From contig JAAZGO010000010.1 of assembly GCA_012511175.1 (NCBI GenBank), positions 69,563-133,562 on the forward strand: DNA of 64,000 bases. Direction: 5' to 3'. The notes beneath the pieces are model-generated. The model was not told the DNA's origin. It was given only the letters and a program-made list of their open reading frames with translations, and made no database searches. Positions 1 to 8,514 of this stretch are shown here, one piece after another; position 1 is the first letter of the stretch, and every line of letters begins with the position of its first letter. Source of the DNA: Fastidiosipila sp. (lineage in GTDB: Bacteria; Bacillota; Clostridia; Saccharofermentanales; DTU023). The position numbers and the translations under genes were made by a program.

Positions 1-1717
1 CCCGATGCATCAGGATCTGGGGAGTGAGCCGGACCAGGCTTCCCCGATCGATCAGCAGGGACAAAATCTGCGCCCGGTCAACGCGCTTGCCCGCTTTAAG
101 TGGAAGCTGGCCGGGATCGGGGGGGGAATAGCCCGCCCGCAGGAAGGCTTCTTCCATCTCTTCGGCGGCTTCCACTTCTTCGCTGGAAAGCGAAACCGTG
201 TAGCCGTGAAGGGAAACCAGTCCCTTGGATACGTCAAGGATCTGCCGGTCACAGAGCCGGTCGATGACAAGATCGGACAGATGGATTTCTGTGCGCGGCA
301 TAAGCCGGGTTCTCAATTCTTCACGTCGCATGCCCTGTTCAAGCGGGCGCCGGCCATGAAAATCGCCAAGGAGGGCCGCAGCTTTCTTCCCAAGCGTTTC
401 CAGCGCTTCGCTGCTGACCGCGACAGCCTGATTCAGAAGGACAACTGAACCATCTGCAAGCAGGCCTTCGAGCAGGACATCAGCTTCTTCGGCCCTGATC
501 CCTGCCTTGTAGAAGGCTGTCTCCAGAGAAGCCAGCCTGTCGCTCCCCAGACCGATCGCCAGACGGAGGCGGGCTGACCGGTCGCTGCCCGCCATGATTT
601 CAAATTCTTCCTGGGTGGTCTCCCGCATGCGCCGCCTCCTGGCCGGAAGCGGGTCAACGATGACGCCGCCCCCCACCGTTTCAAGGGGTGAGTAAAAACG
701 GATGACAAAACGGTCGCCATATTTGGCAAAGACCTCCTCTTCAGGCCAGAGCTGGGCAGGCCCTTCATCCCCCGCTTCCAGAAGGTCGCGGTCAAGCAGC
801 ACGACACGGGCCAGCATTTCACGCGCACCGAGGAAGAGGTGGACGCGCATCTTATTGGTTATGGGGAAGCGCGTGCCGGGGAGCGCCGTCAGGGAGACAT
901 CGAACCGCCGGCTCCCCTGGAGGCTGCCAGGCGCTGTCAGCGTGTCTCCCCGTGTCAGATCATCTTTTTTGATTCCCGTCAGATTGAGGGCGACACGCTG
1001 GCCGGGCCAAGCGGTATCCACCGTCTTTTCGTGGACCTGGATGCCCCGGACGCGGGCGACTTGGTGCCCGGGGATGATTTCCACCTGGCTGCCCATCCGG
1101 ATGATCCCCTCGATGAGGGTGCCGGTTACGATGGTTCCGAAACCGCCAAGTGAAAAAACGCGATCAATGGGCAGCCGGAAGGGAAGGCTGTCTTTGGTAT
1201 GACCGCTGACATCGATTAATCCGAACAAGCTTGCCCGGAGGGCCTCAATGCCCTCTCCTGATACGCTGGACGTCCTGATGACGGGCGCGTCCTCCAGGAA
1301 AGTACCCCGGACCAAGTCTTTGAGATCCTCCTCGACAAGTTCAATTAATTCCTCGTCGGCCAGGTCACACTTGGTCAACGCGATGACACCGCGGGGAATG
1401 CCGAGGAGGGACAGGATCCCGAGGTGCTCACGTGTCTGCGGCATCACTCCCTCGTCAGCAGCAACGACCAGAAGCGCCAGGTCAATCCCCCCCGCCCCCG
1501 CCAGCATATTGCTGACAAACTTTTCATGTCCTGGAACATCGATGATGCCCGATCGCGAGCCATCGGGAAGGTCGAGCCAGGTGAAGCCCAGCTCGATGGT
1601 GATGCCCCTCTCTTTCTCCTCTGCCAGGCGGTCGGGGTCGCGGCCGGTCAAGGCGAGGATCAGGGAAGACTTGCCGTGGTCGACATGGCCGGCTGTGCCA
1701 ATAATGACATGCTTCAT
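1..1717 (-). CDS. selB: selenocysteine-specific translation elongation factor SelB (C-terminus cut by window edge)
   Basis: Absent from ORF track because it runs off nt 1. Hand translation of minus strand from ATG at 1717: MKHVIIGTAGHVDHGKSSLILALTG...IIDVPGHEKFVSNM...ALTKCDL (GTPase G1/G3/G4), then EF-Tu-like domain II (FGTIVTGTL) and long C-terminal tail; open to nt 1. ATG overlaps selA stop (ATGA 1714-1717). Confidence 0.9.
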   Translation of the reverse strand, partial: MKHVIIGTAGHVDHGKSSLILALTGRDPDRLAEEKERGITIELGFTWLDLPDGSRSGIIDVPGHEKFVSNMLAGAGGIDLALLVVAADEGVMPQTREHLGILSLLGIPRGVIALTKCDLADEELIELVEEDLKDLVRGTFLEDAPVIRTSSVSGEGIEALRASLFGLIDVSGHTKDSLPFRLPIDRVFSLGGFGTIVTGTLIEGIIRMGSQVEIIPGHQVARVRGIQVHEKTVDTAWPGQRVALNLTGIKKDDLTRGDTLTAPGSLQGSRRFDVSLTALPGTRFPITNKMRVHLFLGAREMLARVVLLDRDLLEAGDEGPAQLWPEEEVFAKYGDRFVIRFYSPLETVGGGVIVDPLPARRRRMRETTQEEFEIMAGSDRSARLRLAIGLGSDRLASLETAFYKAGIRAEEADVLLEGLLADGSVVLLNQAVAVSSEALETLGKKAAALLGDFHGRRPLEQGMRREELRTRLMPRTEIHLSDLVIDRLCDRQILDVSKGLVSLHGYTVSLSSEEVEAAEEMEEAFLRAGYSPPDPGQLPLKAGKRVDRAQILSLLIDRGSLVRLTPQILMHR

Positions 1718-3177
1718 GGCAGATCCGTCTCTTCGCTGAACGCGCGGGCCAGGGCGGAAAGGAGCAGCCGTTCCTCCTCCCCGGAAAGGGTTCGCAAGTC
1801 GAACAGGAGGGTATCAAGTGTGGTGCGGCAGAGAATGGGAGGGTCAAAGGCCCGCAGGTTCTGTTCCAGTGAGGAGATTGACCGTGTGCCGGATCTGACC
1901 GCCAGGGCCCAGGAGTGCAAGGGTATTTCCGGCGCCGACCCTCCCCCCATGATGATCTCGGAAGGGATGGCTTCTGCCATGATTCCGTGCCCCGAGAGAG
2001 ACAGAGCGGCTTCTTCCGTTCGCTGGCGGAGCGAATCGTTGTTGTAAAGGACTGAAACAAGCAGGGGGATACGCTCTTTTGCCCGGTCGGGATCCAGGTA
2101 GAGTGCCAAGGTCGCCTCAAGGGCAGCAAGAGTCATCTTGTCACAGCGAAAGGCCCGCATCAAGGGGTGAGCGGTCATTTTCCCCACCAGGTCAGCCCGG
2201 CCCATGAGGATGCCGGCCTGAGGACCTCCCAGGAGCTTGTCACCGGAAAAACAGATCAGGTCCGCGCCGGAGGCAAGGGCTCCACGGACAGTCGGTTCAT
2301 CAGGAAGCAGGGCCGACAGTTCCTCTGAAACAAGGCCGCTCCCCAAGTCATAAATCAAGGGGATCCCATGGCAGCGGGCCAGCTGTGAGAGCTCCGTATC
2401 GCTGACGTCCTCGGTGAAACCTGAAATCCGGAAGTTGCTGCGGTGAACTTTTAGTAGGGCTGCGGTCGAATCACTGATGGCGCGCTCATAGTCGGCCAGG
2501 CGGGTTTTATTGGTGGTGCCAACCTCCCGGAGGATGGCGCCGCTCTCCTCCATGATTTCAGGAACCCTGAATTTCCCCCCGATTTCCACCAGTTCGCCGC
2601 GGGAAACAAGGACCTCCCGGCCCCGGCACAAAGCTGATAGGGCCAGCATGACGGCAGCCGCATTGTTGTTGACCACTGTTGCGGCCTCAACATCAAACAG
2701 GCGGCAGAGCAGGGTTTCCAGGGGAGCTGTTCGTTGACCGCGTCTGTTTTCTGTAAGATCAAACTCCAGCGAGGCATAACCTTCGCTGCAGCGCTGGACG
2801 GCTGCAAGGGCCTCTTTTGCGAGGGGTGCCCGGCCGAGATTGGTGTGGAGGATGGCACCGGTGGCGTTGATGACTTTCCTGATCCCGGGTTTTGATTCGG
2901 TTTCAATTTTCAAAAGAATGGCCCGGAGGAGGACCTCTTCGGACAGCAAGATACTCCCGGCTGCCTGGCAATCTGCCCCAGCTGCTTTTTCAATGTAGGC
3001 AGCGTCAGCAAGGGGATCATCCGCCTTTTTTGTGAGAAAATGGCGTGCGGCCTCGAGGATCCCGCGCACGGCTTCCCTTACCGGATGATAGCCGTTCGAT
3101 TCCCTTGCGGCATCAAGGCGTGAATCACGCAGCAGTTGATCTACTTTCGGCAGGTCACGTGGATTTTCAATGATCAT
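1714..3177 (-). CDS. selA: L-seryl-tRNA(Sec) selenium transferase SelA
   Basis: ORF 1714..3213; SelA-like throughout (INATGAILHTNLGRAP, KVHRSNF, FSGDKLLGGPQAG). Start trimmed to ATG 3177 (MIIENPRDLPKVDQLLRD), which is preceded by GTGAGGAGG RBS. Confidence 0.93.
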   Translation of the reverse strand: MIIENPRDLPKVDQLLRDSRLDAARESNGYHPVREAVRGILEAARHFLTKKADDPLADAAYIEKAAGADCQAAGSILLSEEVLLRAILLKIETESKPGIRKVINATGAILHTNLGRAPLAKEALAAVQRCSEGYASLEFDLTENRRGQRTAPLETLLCRLFDVEAATVVNNNAAAVMLALSALCRGREVLVSRGELVEIGGKFRVPEIMEESGAILREVGTTNKTRLADYERAISDSTAALLKVHRSNFRISGFTEDVSDTELSQLARCHGIPLIYDLGSGLVSEELSALLPDEPTVRGALASGADLICFSGDKLLGGPQAGILMGRADLVGKMTAHPLMRAFRCDKMTLAALEATLALYLDPDRAKERIPLLVSVLYNNDSLRQRTEEAALSLSGHGIMAEAIPSEIIMGGGSAPEIPLHSWALAVRSGTRSISSLEQNLRAFDPPILCRTTLDTLLFDLRTLSGEEERLLLSALARAFSEETDLP

Positions 3178-3211
3178 CCTTTTGGCCTCCTCACCTGAGA
3201 GTCTCAAGATC

Positions 3212-3333
3212 ATCTTACCAAAAGGGAGTGGTAGAATAGTGCCGAATCAGCGGCGATCGCCGCGGCAGACAGAAGGGATGCCGGTCATGCGAAACAAACT
3301 GAAAAAAATCGTCCGGTCCTGGGTTTCTTTCCT
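3212..3333. repeat. left copy of 122-bp direct repeat (duplicated upstream region + first codons of the ATP-grasp gene)
   Basis: Hand-aligned base by base with 15348-15469: identical except one position (3328 t vs 15464 a). Contains the same TGgTAGAAT -10-like element and the MPVMRNKLKKIVRSWVSF coding start, here running into a stop at 3361. Confidence 0.9.
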
Positions 3334-3373
3334 CCCGACTTGTGAAGCAGTTCTAAGTTAACAGACCCACCGG

Positions 3374-4457
3374 ATGTCTAAATCGCCCGCCATTCGGGCT
3401 GCGATCCTTCAGATGCGCAGCTTTTTTGACAGCCAGGGCTTGCCTTTGGCCTATCATCTTTTCCCCGGCAACTCAAGCGAAAAATTATCCTTGTATCCTC
3501 TCAAGAACCGGATCCGGGAAGATTACAACCGGAGCCGCGTTGTGGTCGCCGCCGACAAGAGAATGAATTGCGGGGACAACATCAACAAGCAGCTGGCCCG
3601 GCAACGGTTACATCCACAGCCAGTCCATCTGCGGAGCCGACCGGGAATTTCAGCAGCTTGTCCTGAACAAGGAGGCCACCTAAAGAGGGGGAGTCTGGCA
3701 AGGCCAAATCGAGGATCTATCCGAAAAAGACTACCTTAACCAACCGGCATAGGAAAAGGAAAACTCTCCGTCCATCAAAAGCAGGTGGTTTTTTACAGCC
3801 AGGACTACGCGGACAAAGCGGCCTATAAGCGGGCCCGCGTTCTTGCCAAAGCCAGGCGGCTTTTGAAGAGCCCACAACTTCTCATGTGAGCCATCAACAA
3901 AGGTGCCGCAAGCTACATCAAGAGCCTTGAGTAAATCGAGGATGGTGAAATAGTCGAACCCGAGACCCTGCTTTATCTTGAATAAGAAAAAGATTAAACA
4001 GGAGGCCTGGCAGGACGGCCACTACGCCATCGTGACAAGTGAGCTCGATCTTGACGACAGCGAAGCGATCCGACTTAACCACGATTTTAGGAAGATCGAG
4101 GAGATATTCAAGATCTCCAAGTCGGAATTGAGGACACGGCCAGTCCACGTGTCTTTGGAATCATATATTGAGGTGCATTTTCTGACCTGCTTTGTGGCGC
4201 TTGTCCTTTTAAGAACTCTGGAGCTCAAACTGAACCGGGCCGGACTCGAAGGCGCGGGTGGTCCGCAGGTTTTTCAAAGCTTCGGTTTGCCGGACTTGTT
4301 TCGAAAATTCACCTGCAGCCATGTCCCGGAAAACTGCTACACCTTCCATTTCACTGGCAACAACATCAAGGAGATCGAACAAGCACTAGAATTGGAACTT
4401 GGCCGCAAGCACAGGAAGCGAGGTGAGATCCGGTCCGTGATCGCCGATGCCGATTAG
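3374..4457 (+). pseudogene. IS1634/IS4-superfamily DDE transposase, 5'-truncated and frameshifted
   Basis: Two ORF fragments in different frames (3374-3739, 3978-4457). C-terminal part (DGHYAIVTSELDLDDSEAI...KIEEIFKISKSELRTRPVHV...HFLTCFVALVLLRTLE) matches the conserved C-terminus of IS1634-type transposases. The N-terminal half is missing. Confidence 0.8.
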
Positions 4458-4588
4458 TAGTTTTTGCATAGTACATTTGCTTGTGTTTAGTTTCGAAGGT
4501 CAGGATTCTAGCAACGAACAGCCGATTCCAGTTACTTTGCCATTGGATCGGATTTATTGTGCTATCTCCCAAATACGGCGGTTTCTAG

Positions 4589-4617
4589 TTGACATTTTTT
4601 TAGCATAAGTCTAGACT
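4589..4617 (+). promoter_or_regulatory. candidate sigma-A promoter for the aminotransferase-dhaKL operon
   Basis: TTGACA (4589-4594), 17-nt spacer, TAGACT (4612-4617), about 90 nt upstream of the ATG at 4708. Confidence 0.4.
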
Positions 4618-4707
4618 TAACGGCATAATTGCGGTATTCAGCAGAGAGCGTTGCTGCGGGTACTCGACATGACTAATGTTGTTACCAAACACAAAGAGGA
4701 GGTCACT

Positions 4708-6156
4708 ATGCCGAACATCGAGAATCTTAGGGGTGTTGCTTTCAAGCAAAGAGAGAAATTGCGGGTTTCAAAGGAGCAAATGCTCCAACGCATTGAGGAT
4801 TCCCCTTTCGGCCCAAAAGGGAAGGAATTGGCAAGGCAAGCCTTAGAGAATGAGTCCTACGGTGCGATGGGTTGGCTTTTATGGAGTGTGCCTCCCATCA
4901 TTGAATACGCCAAAGGCTCTGTCATCTATGACGTCGATGGCAAAGACTATATTGATTTGCTGTCCGGTTTTTCGGTAAGTCAGTTTGGTAACTGTCAAGA
5001 AGAATTGACCAAGGTTATTCAGGATCAAGCAACAAAGCTTACCCATTATTTTGATCTATTTCATCCTGAAAGAGTTAAGTTAGGCAAAAAGCTGAGAGAA
5101 CATTCAGGCATTAGCCAGGACACCAAGGTGGTTTTTGGCGTTACCGGATCAGACGGGATTGAGCTCGCCGTTAGAGCAGCTCGTTACTACACGGGCAGGC
5201 AGTATATCCTTGTGGCACATGGGGATTACCACGGGGTTACTTACGGAACAATGGGTTTGACAGGGAAAGGTGGAATGCAACCGTATTTTTATCCTGTAGC
5301 GCCCGATCCTCATGTTGGACAATTCTATTTCCCGCATGAATATCGTTCGAGGGATGAAGAATATTCAGGCTTTGGAATGGAATCGATCAGGGATCTCGAA
5401 AGAGCACTTGAAGGTAAGGAAACGCCTTGGGCGGACGGGTATAGTGGCATTTGCAATGTTGCGGCGATTCTTGTTGAGCCTTTCCAAAGTTCAGCGGGGT
5501 ATTATGTCCCTCCCAAAGCATATTTACAGGAACTTCGCAGAATATGTGACAAATTTGGTATTTTGCTGATTACAGACGAAATTCAAGCCGGACTTGGAAG
5601 GAGTGGAAAGCTTTGGGCCTACCAATATTCGGATATCGAGCCCGATATGATTGTTACTTCCAAGGCGCTGGGTGGTGGATTGCCCATTTCAGCAGTTATC
5701 GCTAAAAGCGAGATTCTCACAGAATGGGGTCCCGGTGCACACGTGTCAACGCAGGCTGGAAACGTGCTGGCATGTGCAGCTGGCAACTATGTAATGGATG
5801 TTGTGACGGATCCGGCGTTCCTGGAAGAAGTCAATCGCATCGGTGATCGTTTCTATGAAGGATGGAAGGTTCTACAGGATAAACATCCGAGCATTGGGTA
5901 TATCGATCATATGGGACTGTATCTATCAATTGAGTATGTCAAAGACAGAAAAACGAAGGAACCTGCTGCAGATTTCACAACTTTTGTCCGCGATGAGGGT
6001 GTTGCAGAAGGTCTCGCATTTGAAAAAGGTGGTTACTGGCACAACAGAACACAAATGATTCCAGCTTTAAACATGCCGGATGATGTTATGGACGAAGCTT
6101 TCAGGCGTTTTGACAGGGTGTTGACAAAGGGCGAGAAATTATTTGGCATCGGATAA
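4708..6156 (+). CDS. class III (omega-type) pyridoxal-phosphate aminotransferase
   Basis: ORF 4651..6156 trimmed to ATG 4708 behind AGAGGAGG. Class III motifs: DEIQAGLGRSGKLWA and the PLP lysine context MIVTSKALGGGLP. Confidence 0.85.
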   Translation: MPNIENLRGVAFKQREKLRVSKEQMLQRIEDSPFGPKGKELARQALENESYGAMGWLLWSVPPIIEYAKGSVIYDVDGKDYIDLLSGFSVSQFGNCQEELTKVIQDQATKLTHYFDLFHPERVKLGKKLREHSGISQDTKVVFGVTGSDGIELAVRAARYYTGRQYILVAHGDYHGVTYGTMGLTGKGGMQPYFYPVAPDPHVGQFYFPHEYRSRDEEYSGFGMESIRDLERALEGKETPWADGYSGICNVAAILVEPFQSSAGYYVPPKAYLQELRRICDKFGILLITDEIQAGLGRSGKLWAYQYSDIEPDMIVTSKALGGGLPISAVIAKSEILTEWGPGAHVSTQAGNVLACAAGNYVMDVVTDPAFLEEVNRIGDRFYEGWKVLQDKHPSIGYIDHMGLYLSIEYVKDRKTKEPAADFTTFVRDEGVAEGLAFEKGGYWHNRTQMIPALNMPDDVMDEAFRRFDRVLTKGEKLFGIG

Positions 6157-6172
6157 ATTTGAGGCATGTATA

Positions 6173-6203
6173 CTCGGCCAGTCACCAGTGGTGACTGGCC
6201 GAG
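6173..6203 (+). promoter_or_regulatory. intercistronic perfect stem-loop (14-bp stem, 3-nt loop)
   Basis: CTCGGCCAGTCACC-agt-GGTGACTGGCCGAG between aminotransferase stop (6156) and dhaK start (6241). No U-tract follows. Confidence 0.6.
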
Positions 6204-6240
6204 TGAATCTGGGGATTTGAGTGGAGGAGGTTTGATACGA

Positions 6241-7251
6241 ATGAAGAAATTTATGAATAAAGCTGAAGATTTTGTCGACGATATGCTAAAAGGCATATAT
6301 GCAGCACATCCAGATGAAGTGACCATGGTGGGGGATGATTTGCGATGCCTGGTGACCATGAGGCCAAAGGAGAATAAAGTTGCCATTGTAACGGGAGGTG
6401 GCTCAGGTCATCTGCCCCTATTTTTAGGCTATGTGGGTAATGGTCTTTTACACGGTTGTGCTGTTGGCGGGGTGTTCCAATCCCCGAGCGCCGAACAAGT
6501 TTTAGAGGTAACGAAGGCGGCGCATCAAGGCCAGGGTGTCCTGTACATCTATGGCAACTACACGGGCGATATCATAAATTTTGACATGGCTGGTGAAATG
6601 GCTGAAATGGAAGGTATCGTCACCAAAACTGTCCTCGGTGCAGACGATGTCGCGAGTGCGCCTGCGGGAGAGGAAGGTAAGCGGCGGGGGGTTGCTGGCA
6701 TATTCTTCGTCTATAAGGTGGCTGGAGCAAAAGCAAATGAAGGCGCTACACTCGATGAAGTGTATCGCGTTGCGGACAAGGCAAGTTCAAATGTAAGAAC
6801 CATGGGAGTAGCACTTACGCCCTGTATTGTTCCTGAAGTTGGGAAACCATCCTTTACTCTTGGTGATGATGAGATGGAAATTGGGATGGGCATCCATGGA
6901 GAACCCGGTGTCCGTCGGGGGAAACTCGAATCGGCCGACAAAGTTGTCAAGGAGATGCTGACCCCTATCATGGATGATTTGGGTCTTGAGTCTGGTGATG
7001 AGGTGTCGATATTGATGAATGGCCTGGGGGCTACCTGTAAAGAAGAATTGTACATCTGTTTTTCCAAGGTAGCAGAGATGCTCCGTGACCGTGGCATTAA
7101 ACAGCATTCTGTCTATGTCGGCGAGTATGCGACATCCATGGAAATGATGGGCTTCTCCATATCGGTCTTCAAGCTCGATGAAGAGCTAAAGAGCTTGCTG
7201 GTTAAGCCTGCCAACACTCCCTTCATTACCTTGGCTGGTCTCAAAGATTAG
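6241..7251 (+). CDS. dhaK: dihydroxyacetone kinase-family subunit DhaK (substrate-binding)
   Basis: ORF 6166..7251 trimmed to ATG 6241 (MKKFMNKAEDFVDDMLKG) behind GGAGGAGG. Dak1 hallmarks: VAIVTGGGSGHLPLF and YGNYTGDIINFDMA. Confidence 0.85.
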   Translation: MKKFMNKAEDFVDDMLKGIYAAHPDEVTMVGDDLRCLVTMRPKENKVAIVTGGGSGHLPLFLGYVGNGLLHGCAVGGVFQSPSAEQVLEVTKAAHQGQGVLYIYGNYTGDIINFDMAGEMAEMEGIVTKTVLGADDVASAPAGEEGKRRGVAGIFFVYKVAGAKANEGATLDEVYRVADKASSNVRTMGVALTPCIVPEVGKPSFTLGDDEMEIGMGIHGEPGVRRGKLESADKVVKEMLTPIMDDLGLESGDEVSILMNGLGATCKEELYICFSKVAEMLRDRGIKQHSVYVGEYATSMEMMGFSISVFKLDEELKSLLVKPANTPFITLAGLKD

Positions 7252-7271
7252 AAGGTGGGAGAAAAACAATA

Positions 7272-7907
7272 ATGAGAATTTTCACCAGGGATGATCTGAC
7301 GAGGGCCGTAGTCATCACAAGCACCTTGATGGATGAGAATAAGTTCAGACTCATCGAGCTGGACAGCCAGATCGGTGACGCTGATCTGGGGTTGACAATG
7401 AGCAAAGGTTTTGCGGCTGCAAAAACTTGCGCACTGGAGCTTGAGGATGATGACATCTCCACATCCTTCAAAAAGATTGGGCTTGCCATAGCGAAAGCCG
7501 CACCTTCAACGATGGGCTCTCTGATGGCAACTGCCTTTATTGGTGTAGGCAAGGAAATAGGTCAAAAGGAATACTTGGATTTTTCTGACGTGGGGCTCAT
7601 GTATATGTCGATGGCCAGGTCCATCCAGGAACGTGGCAAAGCGAAGGAAGGGGACAAAACGCTTCTTGACGTACTTTTTCCCGTTGCGCGTGCCGTACAA
7701 TCTTCCAGGAGCCAGGATATTTGCGAACTGATGGAAATTGCTCATAAGGTATCGAAGGAGAGTCTTGAACGTACGAAAAACTTAATGAGCCAGCACGGCA
7801 AGGCAGCTGTATTTCGAGAAAAAACCATTGGGCTGGAAGACCCGGGAGGAGCAGCAGCGGTCTTGTTAATTGAAGGATTCTACAGAGCTTGTATCGGAGA
7901 TGAATGA
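7272..7907 (+). CDS. dhaL: dihydroxyacetone kinase-family subunit DhaL (nucleotide-binding, Dak2 domain)
   Basis: 211 aa. Dak2 motifs: LDSQIGDADLGLTM and GDKTLLDVLFP. Confidence 0.85.
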   Translation: MRIFTRDDLTRAVVITSTLMDENKFRLIELDSQIGDADLGLTMSKGFAAAKTCALELEDDDISTSFKKIGLAIAKAAPSTMGSLMATAFIGVGKEIGQKEYLDFSDVGLMYMSMARSIQERGKAKEGDKTLLDVLFPVARAVQSSRSQDICELMEIAHKVSKESLERTKNLMSQHGKAAVFREKTIGLEDPGGAAAVLLIEGFYRACIGDE

Positions 7908-8389
7908 TTATGATTATTAAGGCACAGGAATTGACGGTTGAATCATTCGCCCCTTATGGATCGTTTATAAATCCAATGAACGGATATGAGGGAGATGAAA
8001 CAATCGAGTTCACTCCCGATCGCATGATGTATCAAGTTGGCGGGCGAATTGGAAGCATGTCCAGTATCCGCATCAAGTGGCGGCCCATGGAGTTTGGAGT
8101 AACTGAATATCACGATGAATGCGAAGAAGTGTTTGGCGGTTTTGGCTGTGAGGTGGTCTTCCACGTTGGCCTTGTGTCCAGAACAAACCAACCGATTCCG
8201 GAAAGCTTTGCAGTTTTTCGGCTTCCAGCGGGGTGGTATGCACGCGTAAAACGCCGGGTGCTTCATCATGCCGGGTTCGTTGTAGGTAAAGATGACGTGG
8301 CTGCAGGAGTGGTTCTGCTGTCCCCTTCTGCCTACACGATTGACTGTCACGTTATTGAGCTGGAACAGCCGATTGGTATTGAAGTTTAA
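7904..8389 (+). CDS. ureidoglycolate lyase (AllA)-family cupin-like protein, function unknown here
   Basis: 161 aa. N-terminus QELTVESFAPYGSFINP resembles the AllA/ureidoglycolate lyase family signature. Start overlaps dhaL stop (ATGA), suggesting translational coupling. Confidence 0.6.
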   Translation: MIMIIKAQELTVESFAPYGSFINPMNGYEGDETIEFTPDRMMYQVGGRIGSMSSIRIKWRPMEFGVTEYHDECEEVFGGFGCEVVFHVGLVSRTNQPIPESFAVFRLPAGWYARVKRRVLHHAGFVVGKDDVAAGVVLLSPSAYTIDCHVIELEQPIGIEV

Positions 8390-8514
8390 ACAATATTATT
8401 TTTTTCTTGAGTTGCTGAGAATTAATCGTTATGGGCCGGTTTTCGGGACCGGAAACTGAAATAGTGGTTTACGCTCTAAGGGCGTAATAGAAGAAAGGCA
8501 CAAGGGAGGTTTCT

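Noticed and set aside
5-2047. Plus-strand ORFs 5-448, 702-1202, 839-1153, 1248-1739 and 1424-2047 at the left edge.
   Set aside because: The minus strand here encodes an uninterrupted SelB with canonical GTPase motifs. The plus-strand ORFs are its shadows.
3170-3361. 63-aa ORF spanning the selA start and the left repeat copy.
   Set aside because: It is a chimeric by-product. Its middle is the duplicated N-terminus of the ATP-grasp protein (VPNQRRSPRQTEGMPVMRNKLKKIVRSWVSFL), which runs into a stop 28 nt past the repeat. It is not an independent gene, though a short peptide could be made from the duplicated start.
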